A program made the position numbers and the translations under genes. Below the pieces are notes generated by a model. The model was not told the origin of the DNA. It saw only the letters and a program-made list of their open reading frames with translations, and made no database searches. From Octopus sinensis (Eukaryota), in assembly GCF_006345805.1 (NCBI RefSeq), contig NC_043001.1, positions 6,324,001 through 6,388,000 on the forward strand: a DNA stretch of 64,000 nucleotides, given 5' to 3'. Of this stretch, positions 40,401-53,051 are shown piece by piece (the first letter of the stretch is position 1; every line of letters starts with the position of its first letter).

Positions 40401-41810
40401 TTAGAGGTTCGCCAACCGTGAACGATAAAATGACATAGCTGTTCGCCACAGTGATCTATAAACTGAATTAGCGGTTCGCCATCGTGATCGAGAAAATGAA
40501 TTAGCGGTTCGCCAACCGCGGCCGATAAAATGACTTAACGGTTCGCCATCTTGATCGATAAAATAACTTAGCGGTTAGCCAAACGTATCGATATAATGAC
40601 TAGCGGTTCGCCAAATGTAATCGATAAAATGACTTGTGATGGCTGTCAGACTTAGATGTTCACCAAACGTGATGGATAAAATGATCTAGCGGTTCGGCAA
40701 GACTGATCGATACAATGACATTAGCGGTTCGCCCAACGTGATCGATAAAATGACCTGGCGGTTCACCAAAAGTAATCGATAAAATGAATTATCGGTACGC
40801 CAAACGTGATCGATAAAATGAACTAGCGGTTCGCCAAACGTGGTTGATAAAATGACCTAGCGGTTCGCCCACGAGTTCGATAAAATGAATTAGCGGTTCG
40901 CTAATCCTGATCGATAAAATGATTAGCGGTTGGCCTCTGTGATCGATAAAATGAATTAGCGGTTCGCTAATCGTGATCGATAAAATGATTGGCGGTTCGC
41001 CAACCGTGATCGATAAAATTAACTAGCAGTTCGTCATAAATAATCGATAAAATGACTTAGCTGTTCGCCAACAGTAATCGGTAAAATACTCTAGCGGTTC
41101 GCCATCCATGATCGAAAAAATGAAATAGCAGTTCACGAAACCTGATCGATAAAATGACTTAGCGGTTCGCCAAACGTTATCGATAAAATGACCTAGCGGT
41201 TCGCCAACCGTGATCGATAAAATGACCTAACGCTTCGCCAACAGTAATCGATAAAATGAACTAGCGCTTCGCCAAACGTAATCGATAAAATGAATTAGCG
41301 GTTCGCTAATCGTGATCGATAAAATGATTAGCGGTTCCCAACTGTGATCGATAAAAATGACCTAGCGGTTCGCCAACCATGATCGATAAAATGACTTAGC
41401 AGTTTGCCAAACGATATCTATAAAATGAATTAGCGGTTCGCCAAATAAGATCGATAAAATGACGTAGCGGTTCGGCAAACGTGATCGATAAAATGAATAG
41501 CGGTTTGCCAAACGAGATCTAAAAAATAACCAGCGGTTCGCCAACCATTACCGATAAAATGAATTAAAGTTTCGCCAAACATGTTCGATAAAATGAAGTA
41601 GCGGTTCGCCAAACGATATCTATAAAACGATCTAGCGGTTCGCCATACGTGATCGATAAAATGACCTAGCAGTTCGCCAACCATTCTCGATAAAATGAAT
41701 TAAAGTTTCGCCAAACATGTTCGATAAAATGACCTTGCGGTTCGCCAACAGTGATCGATAAAATAATATAGCAGTTTGCCAAACTTGATCGATAAAATGA
41801 CCTACCGGTT
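37496..41810. repeat. 34-bp minisatellite, roughly 125 copies
   Basis: Consensus GACTTAGCGGTTCGCCAAACGTGATCGATAAAAT; period counted at 38281-38314; copy number estimated as length/34. Confidence 0.97.
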
Positions 41811-42054
41811 CCTCAGGATATGCGGGATGCTAACATCATTACGCTTTACAAACACAAAGGTGACCGTGGTGATTGTAACGATGACCGTGGAATATCTCTT
41901 CCAAGCACCGTTGGAAAGGCCTCTGCTCGCCTTATCCTGTCCAGGCTGCAACTGCCTGCTTCTCGAATTTATCCAGAATCGCAGTGTGGCTTTAGAAGAA
42001 GCAGATCAGCTATTGACATGATATTCTCCATACGCCAACTGCAGGAGAAATCCA
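41807..42054 (+). pseudogene. RTE reverse transcriptase fragment (N-terminal RT motifs)
   Basis: VPQDMRDANIITLYKHKGDRGDCN..RGISL...PESQCGFRRSRSAIDMIFSIRQLQEK. Confidence 0.92.
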
Positions 42055-42310
42055 GATTCTGGATAAATTCGAGAAGCAGGCAGTTGCAGCCTGGACAGGA
42101 TAAGGCGAGCAGAGGCCTTTCCAACGGTGCTTGGAAGAGACATTCCACGGTCATTGTTACAATCACCACGGTCACCTTTGTGTTTGTAAAGCGTAATGAT
42201 GTTAGCATCCCGCATATCCTGAGGAACCGGTAGGTCATTTTATCGAACACGTTTGGCGAACCGTTAATTCATTTTATCGATTATGGTTGGCGAACTGCTA
42301 GGTCATTTTA
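42055..42310 (-). repeat. Inverted duplicate of the minisatellite/RTE junction
   Basis: 42055-42245 is a near-identical reverse complement of 41790-41980, followed by about two further inverted monomers. Confidence 0.95.
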
Positions 42311-42682
42311 TATATGGCTTTCATTGATCACACGATCACAATTTTTTCTTTTGGTGGGGGGGTGGTAAATAGGGAAATAACCCTCATCTGTAATTTTGAT
42401 GAAATTCGAAACAGATAATGCAGTTAGCGGTTCATTAGAGAAAATATAAGAGAAAAGTCTAATTCTTCAATTGTACGTAACACGGGTAACGCCGGGTATC
42501 TCTGCTCGTGGTTTCGTATTTTTATTTTGATAATTAGGATCTAAACAGTATATGAATGCAAAAGAATAACAGCAAACTTATTTATGGGTCACCCTCTATT
42601 ATATTATCTTACAGAGATTTTAAGTCGCATGGGTTCGAATCAAACTTTTCCAAATAATAATCCTCTCTCTCTCTCTCTGTAT

Positions 42683-43091
42683 TCTTTTATTCTTTTACTG
42701 GTTTCAGTTCTTGGACTATGGCCATGCAGGAGCACCGACTTTAGTTGAACAAAACGACCCCGGGACATATTCATTGTAAGTTTAGTGCTTATTCTATCGG
42801 TCTCTATTGCCGAACCGCTAGCATACGGGAACGTAAACACACCAACATTCTAGCGATGATGTGGGGGGGGGGCAAAAACAAACACACATACACAGACACA
42901 CACACAAACACACGTAAGTATATTATATAATGGGCTTCTTCTGTTTCTGTCTACCAAATTCACTCACAAGGTTTTGATCAGCCTGAGGCAACAGTAGAAC
43001 ACACACTTAACCAAGGTGCCACGCAGTGGGACTGAACCCGGGACCATGTGTTTGGTAAGTAAACTAATTATTACACAGCCACTCCTGCGCC
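42683..43091 (-). mobile_element. Full-length SINE family 1
   Basis: Colinear with the reference copy. Confidence 0.9.
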
Positions 43092-43214
43092 TATGTGTGT
43101 ATATATATATATATTATATATATACATATATACATATATATACATGTATATGTATATATACATATATATATATGTATATATAATATATATATATACATAA
43201 GTATATATACACAT

Positions 43215-43553
43215 CGGAGACCCCCTTCGGTCACGACGCAGACCATGGGATTGCACCTAGAAAGTTACCCTCCTAGACACAAGTTCGGGCGAGGTTGTTT
43301 ATGGAAGACCAGCAGTCGCCCATGCATACCAGCCTCTCCTCTCCATGCCACTGATATTATCCAAGGGAAAGACAAAGGTCGATACAGCTTGGCACCAGTG
43401 ACGTCGCAACTCATTTCTACAGCTGAGTGAACTGGAGCAACGTGAAATAAAGTGTTTTGCTCAAGAACACAACACGCAGCCCGGTCCGGGATTCGAGCTC
43501 ACAACCTCACGATCGTAAGCTCGACGCTCTAACCACTGAGCCATGCGCCTTCA
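43215..43553 (-). mobile_element. Full-length tRNA-derived CORE-like SINE (family 3)
   Basis: Head GGCGCATGGCTCAGTGGTTAGAGCG...GCTCGAATCCC then CTTGAGCAAAACACTT CORE-like motif. Confidence 0.88.
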
Positions 43554-43633
43554 CATATACACATATACACACATATATTATTCATATATATACACAAATA
43601 TGTATCTCTATCTATCTCTCTTTCTCTGTCTTC

Positions 43634-43666
<33 letters not shown>

Positions 43667-44203
43667 TCATACAAACATATATATATATATATATATGTCT
43701 ATATACACACATATATATAAATGCTTTTGTATGTGTATTCGGGTGTGTTTTAAATACACACGCCCTTGTACGCCCAAAGTGAAACTGCGAAATTTACTTG
43801 CATTTGATATTGAAGAGTTAGCCTAACTTATTGAAATGAACCAGCATGGACTCATGTCATTCGTTAATTTTTAGACCCTCCAGAATTATTTATCGTATCA
43901 CCGTAGCAACATTATTAACAAGAGCTGTGCAGGGAATCATATGAGGAATATAATTAAGGAAAAAAATAATTCCGAGATCATTAATTCGAGTCCCCCACAA
44001 CGCAACGCCGAACCAACTATAACAACTGCGCACCTGTGATTTTGTTTTCGTACACATTTAAATGATTTCAAGAGATGATGTATCTTTGTACTAATTTCCT
44101 CTTACCTGCTTCTCATGCGGCATTCCCAGCTGCACTGTGTAATTAAATATACTTGAAATATACACTGACAGCTGTTGCACGTTTATTATTGTGGAGGTAG
44201 TCA

Positions 44204-44700
44204 GGCGGCGAACTGGCAGAATGGTTAGCACGCCGGGCGAAATGCGTAGCCGTATTTCGTCTGACGCTACGTTCTGAGTTCAAATTCCGCCGAGGTCGAC
44301 TTTGCCTTTCATCCTTTCAGGGTCGATAAATTAAGTACTATTTACGCACTGGGGTCGATATAATACACTTAATCCGTCTGTCTATCCTTGTTTATCCTCT
44401 CTGTGTTTAGCCCCTTGAGGGCAGTAAAGAGATAGGTATTTCGTCTGGCGCTACGTTCTGACTTCAAATTCCACCGAGGTCGTCTTTGCCTTTCATCCTT
44501 TCGGGGTCGATTAAATAAGTACCAGTTTCGCACTGGGGTCGATATAATCGGCTTAATTCGTTTGTCTGTCCTTGTTTGTCCCTTTTGTGTTTAGCCCCTT
44601 GTGGGTAATAAAGAAATAGGTATTTCGTCTTTTTTAACATTCTGAGTTCAAATTGCACAGAGTTGGACTTCGCCTTTCGTCCTTTCGTATTTTATTTCGG
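44204..44700 (+). mobile_element. SINE family 2, one full copy plus two headless tandem copies
   Basis: GTATTTCGTCT...TTCTGAGTTCAAATT restarts at ~44252, ~44435 and ~44620. Confidence 0.88.
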
Positions 44701-44808
44701 TTAACTTGTAGCAGCATATAAAGCACTGAATATTTTTACACAGAAAACACACGCACGCCCAAATGTAAAGACAGCCACGAACAAACACACTGAGGAAATC
44801 AGTTGTAC

Positions 44809-44855
<47 letters not shown>

Positions 44856-44899
44856 TACACACACATATATACACACACATACACACACACACATTTACA

Positions 44900-45735
44900 C
44901 ACAGGGTTCGATGGGTAAATTCTCACCATTTTATATTTTTAATTTAGCGCATATGCATTGTTTGTTTTTGATTTTGTCGACTACACAGTATGGTAGGGTC
45001 AGTTGGGCATCTCTGTGTGAAAAACGGTATTATGACGCAATTCATTCCGCTGGGTGTTTGGAAATGACATGATGTACTGACATACGAACATTTCTGAGCA
45101 TTTGGGTGTCAACCTGAGAACTGTGCAATCTGAGAACATGTACCGAGCGTGATGAAATTCAAACATCCAGTCATCATTGTGTTTCGAGTGATCACTAGTG
45201 ATGTCGACGTTAAACCACTAATCAACTTACCAAACGACCACAGACTCAACACAGAGGCCTGGAGGAGTTAATGCCACCTTGGGTGAAGAAGGTAACTGCT
45301 GGTAGACCCTATGTCTACCAAGAAGAACCTGCACCATGCTACACAAACAGGAGAAACCAGTGATGGGTGTCAGACAATTTCTGCGACCACACTACGCTAA
45401 CATCTGGTCACCTAACTGCAAAGCCCTTGATTCTTTTGCGTGGGGTGCAGGTGAGCGAGAGATCAACAAAACGCCTTATTACACCAAAGGTGAACTGAAG
45501 GCAAGGATTATGGCAGTATTAAGCAACTTAAAGAAGGAAACCATCCGGATGAGTTGCAAGAGATTCTGAAGTCGTCTGGAGGCTGTGGATGAAGCCAATA
45601 GCGATTTTATTGAATAAATTTACTCTTTAGTATTTCAAGATATGTTTATGTAATTTTGGTAAATATATATGTTAAAATGGGATGTCAGTGGTATTTTCAT
45701 TTTTGCGTAAATTAGACGACAATATATTCACCGTG
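44900..45735 (+). mobile_element. Decayed Tc1/mariner-superfamily (DD37D/maT-like) transposon
   Basis: GRPYVYQEEPAPCYT and NIWSPNCKALDSFAWG...TKGELKARI; imperfect inverted ends; inserted in CA/TG repeats. Confidence 0.75.
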
Positions 45736-47082
45736 TGTGTGATTGTGTGTGTTCGCGTGTGTGTGTGAGAGAGAGAGTGTGTGTATGTGTGTGTGTGTAT
45801 GTCACGGTGTCAGTGTCTGTGGTTGTGTGTCTCTGAGTCTGTTTGTCCTCAATTGAACTTAACCATTGTTGGTTTCTTTACGTCCCGTAACCTAGTCGTT
45901 CGGCAAATAATAGCGATATAATAAACATCATTTTTTAAAAAGAAAAATACTTGCTCTCGTGAATTGGTTCTACTTCCGGCTCTTGTTCTAGGATGACTGC
46001 ATTCTAATGACTAATACATATATTTTATTATTTCATTGTTTCATTCATTAATTTGCGGCCATGCTGCAGCACCGCCCTGAACAATTTTAGTCGAACGAAC
46101 GAACCCCCCAATGTATTTACTTTACATATCTGGAACATATTTTATCCTTACCTTTTGTCGCACCGCTACTACGTTACGGGCATGTAAATACGGACTTCTT
46201 TCGGTTTTCGTTTACCAAAGCCTTCTGAATGCGGGACCCTTGGTTGCGAAGCAATATTCTTTCCAAACAGCGAAAAATGCAAGTAGAACATCTGGGGCGG
46301 ATATATATTTTAAGAAGAATTAATATTTTAAGAGATGTATTTGTTCAAAGGTCACGTTATAAATCGTTTACGAATGCTATGCATCCATACGAGGTTATTG
46401 GCAGGATCCCCACTGTAGCTGGCCCTGATTTATTGGAGGATACATTTATGTGAGATAAAAATAGGAAAGATTTGCTGACAAGAATAGCACTAAGCAATCA
46501 TTGTTTATATGCAGTGATAAACGAGACCTACTGCCCTTTTGGTGAACAAAAAAAAAAAAAAAAAAAACAAAAGGAAAAAGAAAAAAAAAAGTCAGTTGAA
46601 TTAATCATTATATCGTCTTTCCAACTTGAAAGACATAAGCAATCACTTAACTAATTGCTGCAATGATTAATAGAGTAAGTTGATAAATCTATTCTGATAT
46701 ATTTAGTGGAACACTGAAGTGGCAGAAAACCATTCGAAACAGCCAATTTCCCACGTCTTTTAATGCAACGCTATTTTTCCCGAGACGTAGATATTCAATC
46801 CCTCACACACGTACTCACTCACATACAAGCACGCACAAACACACATATATATATACATATATACATTTAAACACACCGACACAGACAATCCCATATACGT
46901 AGACCCATACACCTCCCCCACACACACACACGTATACATATAAATGTAGATAACCTCCGTCAGTTATTGAATATATGAGAACGCTATCCGTCATTTCTTG
47001 GCAAATTTCATACACATGGACGTTCCATTTACAGGCACTCGTTCAAACAAATATTAATAATACAGATTCCTATAAATGTATG

Positions 47083-47084
<2 letters not shown>

Positions 47085-47130
<46 letters not shown>

Positions 47131-47531
47131 AGTGTGTGTGAGTGAGTGTGTGTGTGTGTGTGAGTGTGTGTGTGTATGTCTGCGTGTGACTGAGTGTGTG
47201 TGTGTGTGAGTGTGTGTGTGTGTGTGTCTGTGTGTGTGTGTGTGTGTGTCTGTGTCTGTGTGTGTATGTGTGTGTGTATATGTGTGTGTATGTGTGTGTG
47301 TGACTGAGTGTGTGTGTGTGAGTGTGTGTGTGTGAGTGTGTGTGTGAGTGTGTGTCTGTGTCTGTGTCTGTGTGTGAGTGTGTGTGAGTGTGAGTGTGTG
47401 TGTGTGTGTGTCTGTGTGTGTGTGTCTGTCTGTGTGTGTGTGTGAGTGTGTGTGTGAGTGTGTGTGTTTGTGTGTGTATGTGTGTGTGTCTGTGTGTGTG
47501 TGTCTGTGTGTGTGTGTGTGTCTGTGTGTGT

Positions 47532-47576
<45 letters not shown>

Positions 47577-47601
47577 GTGTGAGTGTGTGTATGTGTGTGT
47601 G
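47085..47601. repeat. Long degenerate (TG)n tract
   Basis: Directly visible. Confidence 0.97.
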
Positions 47602-48220
47602 TTGCCTTAATCTCCATCGGTTAAAAACGACCAGTGCTGCAGATGATACGATCAACGGAAGTGCCTGGTCCTGCAATTAACGTGCAAACACTCCACACAC
47701 ACACACACGCACTCTCGTGTGTATTTCTCAGCGAGATTCAGCATGTCATAGAATGTGACAAGTCTCGCCCTGTGAATTGATCATTACTCATTTTGCCAGC
47801 ATAGTGAAGCAATGTGATGGTAAGTTTCTTTCTCAACGACTGACGTTGCTCTGACATTCTAATATAACATGTATCTCCTACAAGATCTGTCACTTCTCAA
47901 AGCGGAGAATTAATGGCTGCATCGAAGAGACTCTAGCTTCTTTCTTATATACGCACCTAATTGCGTAACATTATATAGCAACCCTTTGAATAAACACAAT
48001 TACACTTGTAATTGTTTTCTTTATATCCTCTTGGTCGCCCTCAATCTGTGTTTCAGGATCACATACTAAGTTTCGCAGAAATCCTACTTGGAGATAACGT
48101 GTTGGTATCTGATCTATATCCTAGGTTTTAATAGGATTTCGATATTGGCATCTCATAGCACCAGCGCAAGCAAGTTTTGCATCGAAATCTGTATACTGAA
48201 ACCTCTTATTTTTGAAAAGC

Positions 48221-48613
48221 ACTCTTTTTACTCTTTTACTTGTTTCAGTTATTTGACTGCGGCCATGCTGGAGCACCGCCTTTAATCGAGCAAATCGACC
48301 CCGGGCCTTATTCTTTTGTAAGCTCAGTACTTATTATATCGGTCTCTTTTACCGAACCGCTAAGTAACGGGGACATAAACACAGCAGCATCGGTTGTCAG
48401 GCAATGCTAGGGGGACAAACACAGACACAGAAACACACACACACACACACACACATCCATATACATATATACGACAGGCTTCTTTCAGTTTCCGTCTATC
48501 AAATCCACTCACAAGGCATAGCAGAAGACACTTGCCCAAGATGAAAAGTGGGACTGAACCCAGAACCATGTGGTTGGTTAGCAAGCTACTTACCACACAG
48601 CCACTCCTGCGCC
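48221..48613 (-). mobile_element. SINE family 1
   Basis: Colinear with the reference copy, small internal deletion. Confidence 0.9.
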
Positions 48614-49180
48614 TATTTCATTTTCATGTGTTTCGTATATTAAAACTCAACAGATTGAATTTCTGAAGATAAAATTATTTTAGATTTCTATCTCGCGTTT
48701 TTCCGCCAACAGCCAAAGTTTGGATTGCCTTCTGAATGAAGGTTTCTCGAGATACTTCTATGGATACTGATCTAACACCCGCTTTTTGTGTACTACACTA
48801 TAATACCGAACTTGCACATGTCCCTCAAGTTCGTCATCATAATGAAAATGGTAGGTGAGAAGATGAAGACAATTGTCCCTTACGAGTTGAGAATTTAAAA
48901 ATTGTAAAGTTCATGGAACAATGCTGAAGGGATTTTGTTTATAAGTCAAAAGGAAAGTAAATTATATATTGCTTAATAAGTAAAAATGATGACACTAATT
49001 GTTTATATTTGCTTTTTTTTTTACCTTAATTGAATCTGCACTCTTTACAAACCTAATTAGATTTGACCTTATGTTTTACACATAGGCCATTACCGGTGGG
49101 ATGAGTATTGTTTATGAAGCACACTTAGACGAAAATCTCCGGACCAGGTCTCGGATGAAGACGCTATACTTAGAGAGCAA

Positions 49181-49390
49181 GGCGACGAGCTGGAAGAGAC
49201 GTTAGCACGCCGAGCGAAATGCTTTGTGGTACTTTGCCTGTCTTTACGTTCTGAGTTCAAATTCCGCCGAGGTCGACTTTGCCTTTCATCATTTCGGGGT
49301 CGATAAATTAAGTTCCAGTTGTGTATTGGGGTCGATCTAATAGACTTCCCCCTGCCTCCAAATTTTGGGCTTCGTCCCTAGAGTAGAAAA
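49181..49390 (+). mobile_element. SINE family 2
   Basis: GGCGACGAGCTGG...CCGCCGAGGTCGACTTTGCCTTTCATC. Confidence 0.88.
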
Positions 49391-50279
49391 ACCTATACTA
49401 ACAGAGCTGCATTTTAATTTAACAACGTGGTAGTGTTTATTTGTACTAAAAATCTTCCAATACCACAAAGCGGATGGTCCTTAATCCTGGAGTGTATAGT
49501 TCTTGCTCTTTCTAATCTTCAAATACACCTAATCTAATCGTGTATGTATATAAAAATAATGATCTGAAAGAAAGAGTATTGATAGTATAGAGAAATCAGG
49601 TTCCCGGTTGATATTTTACTCCCAGAATATAAAACGGTATAAGCATATAGTAATATCGACTTTGATATATTTTGAACCTGTAATCTCACTTCGCATTATG
49701 TAAAAATATTGAAATATTCGTACAAAGGAAAAAATACATATTTTCCACTCATATTAAGTGAACATGTATCTTAGAATTTAACATATTTAATACAGATTAT
49801 TACAAATAATAATGATGCATGCGTAAATCTGGAGAAAAATATATCACCTAGAGGAAACGTAATATAATAATTTCAAATAATATATTAATTTATTTTCTCC
49901 AAAAATAATAAAGAAAAGTTAATGAAATTAAATACCAGTTATGCAGAATAAAAAAAAATAGTAATCATTTTGTGGAGCTTAATTGAAAAGTAGAATTCAG
50001 GAAAGAAAAAAAAAGGAAAGTATATACATCAAGAAGAATTTTTTGTCTTTAAATTTCTGACATTTCAATCAATATTAAGAAAATCCTGGCAAAGATATTA
50101 TATTTCCAGTTCAACATTTATAAGATTGATAAATAAACAAATCAATACTTTAACACACATACATGGGAACGAAGCGAAATCATCAAACGCAGAGAAGCAT
50201 ATGTACTTCACATACAGAAATGCACATACGCATATGACACACACACACATACACATACACACACAAACATATATAAACG

Positions 50280-50375
<96 letters not shown>

Positions 50376-50848
50376 ATGTATATATATATATATATATATA
50401 TAAATACTAACGCACACCCACACACACATACGAATATACACACATATGCGTGTGTATGTTTGCTTGTGTGTATGCTAGAATGAGATTTTTTTTCATAAAA
50501 CAGAAAACCAAGATGCGTTACAAGAAGATAAAAAAAAATATGTCAAAGAACCAATAACGATAGATGATGTCTTATTGATCATCATCGACCAACTTTATTT
50601 GTAATATAACGAGGATGAAATTTGAGAAATTACTTAAATTTTAAAGAACATCATAACTAATTTTCAAGGCGGAAGTGATTCTTTTTTTACCTTTTGTTTT
50701 CTTTTTTTAATTATAGAAGACAAACTAAAAGAGAAATATGAAATCATTAACGATTCTCCAATAATTTTAAAGCTCACGCACATCTTGATATAAGTACTAA
50801 CTTACATACGCTCTCCAAAAACTCATTTCGCAATATATACACCCGTAG

Positions 50849-50893
<45 letters not shown>

Positions 50894-50911
50894 ATATAGA
50901 TATATATATAA

Positions 50912-51305
50912 GCTTTTCATTATATTTTGCCTGTTTCCATCAAAAGATTGCGACAATGCTGGAGCAACAACTTGAAAAATATTTAGCAGAACTTATTTTT
51001 AAGCGTAGTACTTATTCTAACGTTAACTTTTTATAAACCACTAAGTTACGGGAATGTAAGCGCACCAACACCGGTTATCAAACATTGTCGGTGGACAAAC
51101 AGATGAACACACACACACAGAAACACAGGCACATACACACACACGACGGACTCTTGCAGTTTCGGTTTAACAGATCCACTCATAAAGGTTTCATCGAGCG
51201 GAAGCTATAGTAGAAAATACTTGCCGAAGATGCCACGCAGTGGGAATGAACCTGGAACTCTGTGGCTGTGAAGCAAGCTTCTTACGACTCAGTAATGTCT
51301 GCGCC
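50912..51305 (-). mobile_element. Diverged SINE family 1
   Basis: TGCCACGCAGTGGGAATGAACC and ATGCTGGAGCA motifs. Confidence 0.8.
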
Positions 51306-52959
51306 TCTGATGTATAGCATACATAAAATTGTTGTATGTCTCTAGTCGAATAACTATAGAAATATATATGATGTAACCAGTTGAACAAATTCAGTTCCGT
51401 AACGAAAAAGAAATGTCCTTAAATATTATGAACACTTAGTAGTATATTCATAAAGCCACTTCCTGTTTAATGACATTCGCTGCACTTTCAGTAAATCTAG
51501 ATCTTCAGGTTACCCAGAACTGGCTCTGAGCTTTGCAGAAATTCAATAAAGGCGATGATGTCCTTCTCAACTTGCAATTATATCTGTTATGTTTAATTCC
51601 CTTACGAAATAATCTCCCATTAGATTCAATCAGACTTTCACCTCTTGGAACTCTAACTTAAATTCACAACGTCGTTTTGTCTCTTATTTTCACGGAACGC
51701 ATTCTATACCACATTGTGTTAAGTCCCGCTTTACCCTTTGTTCGTTTCTGTTCAACTGTCGAGAAAATACAAACAGCACACATCTCACGAAAAGAACAAC
51801 CTGTTAATAACGAACAGCTCACAACTAAATCTCACACGTTTGCTACACTTGTTAGATTTTATTCAAAAACGAAGATCTCCTTTAGCAAATGCATATTCTT
51901 TAACATAGCAAGGATAACATCTCAACAATAGACTTGTCCTTTTAAGGCTCAAAGATACTTTGTGCCACCAAAGGCATCGAATCTGTACAGCTTCAAGTCG
52001 ATCCACACAAAGGCTTATTTGCTCCGCATCTGAGGCGATGCTGAAGCTGCACAAAAAGACATCTTTCGATCCAGAATTGGATCGCAAATAAAATAACTCG
52101 TAGACAGCGCATGACATATGACCCCAAGCACGCTGTCTCCATTTTTCTGCCTTTCATCTTTAACACTAATGTCTAATTTCTGCTTGCCAGAGATTGCTAA
52201 ATCAATGCAACATTCCGTCAATCATTCCCCACCCCTTTACCGAGACCTCTACTCTAATAATTTTTGCTGTACCGAACAAAATCTAAACACCACACTGATC
52301 AATACAGCAGGTCCTTCTTTTGCACAACGTTGGTTATCTGGGTTTCCAATCTTGCAGGTGTACTTTGAAAAATTTCAAAATACAAGAACCATAATGGCAC
52401 CATATTCTACAATATAAGAAGATCTACAATGGCCGTGGCTCCTGCACCTTCTTCAGATCCATAGGTTAAAAAAGAAATAGATATAATAATTCACATATTT
52501 CCTTGAGTTTTAGGTAATAATTTATCGGCAGTTTAATGTCCATAAATTCTATTTCATTGGCTGGACACCATATTAAGTAGCAACCAGAAAACATTGGCGT
52601 GGTTTAAACAATCGACATTAAAAAGTATATTTTGGCACATTCTTTAAACTTTGGAACAATTCACAAGTAGCGTGATTTCCAAAGATTATCCAACGTGAAG
52701 GCAATAAAGCTGCTAGTTAATAAGTATATTAGATCATTCCATTGGAACGTTGTAAATAACTCATATGATGCATTCCAGTGACCTTCCTTGTACAATGCAT
52801 GAGTGATCTCTCGTAACTAACAATGTTTCAGAAACCATAATTCTTGCAACATAAGAACGGTTCCGTTGTGTCTGGCAGAACATATTGACAAACATGTCTA
52901 GACAAATTGTGGAATAAATTATAGTAACAATTTGATCTGGATCCTGTACATATAATGTT

Positions 52960-53004
<45 letters not shown>

Positions 53005-53013
53005 ACACATATA

Positions 53014-53046
<33 letters not shown>

Positions 53047-53051
<5 letters not shown>

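Larger units (their letters stand above)
37101..42508 (+). mobile_element. Helitron-like element carrying a minisatellite and an RTE fold-back
   Basis: A|TCTATATATATATAAACTG start; CACGGGTAACGCCGGG hairpin then CTCG|T; both ends resemble those of 23033-23545; ~150-bp internal tandem duplication at 37160-37455. Confidence 0.7.
36656..42596 (-). mobile_element. Internally deleted Tc1/mariner element split by a Helitron-like insertion
   Basis: TA-flanked TIRs CAAGGTGGCCCAGAAGTAAGTTT and (reverse complement) GAGGGTGACCCATAAATAAGTTT; minus-strand QQDGASPH (~37075-37098) and VY....TVNELKDYI...RFEEC...GHF. Confidence 0.75.

Noticed and set aside
37496-41810. CRISPR array
   Set aside because: The monomers are contiguous with only point variation and no unique spacers; no cas genes; eukaryotic context.
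37496-41810. Array of DRE/BEAF (TATCGATA) promoter elements
   Set aside because: Most monomers read GATCGATA, the motif is explained by SINE ancestry, and those factors are characterised in Drosophila.
41820-42233. 137-aa protein-coding gene
   Set aside because: It is an RTE fragment reading through into its own inverted copy.
43480-43553. Functional tRNA gene (also 8400-8474 and 35409-35480)
   Set aside because: The tRNA-like heads continue into SINE bodies and lack a proper acceptor stem.
51440-52440. Degraded LINE endonuclease or RT
   Set aside because: Only a faint LMGDY motif; cannot be supported without a profile search.
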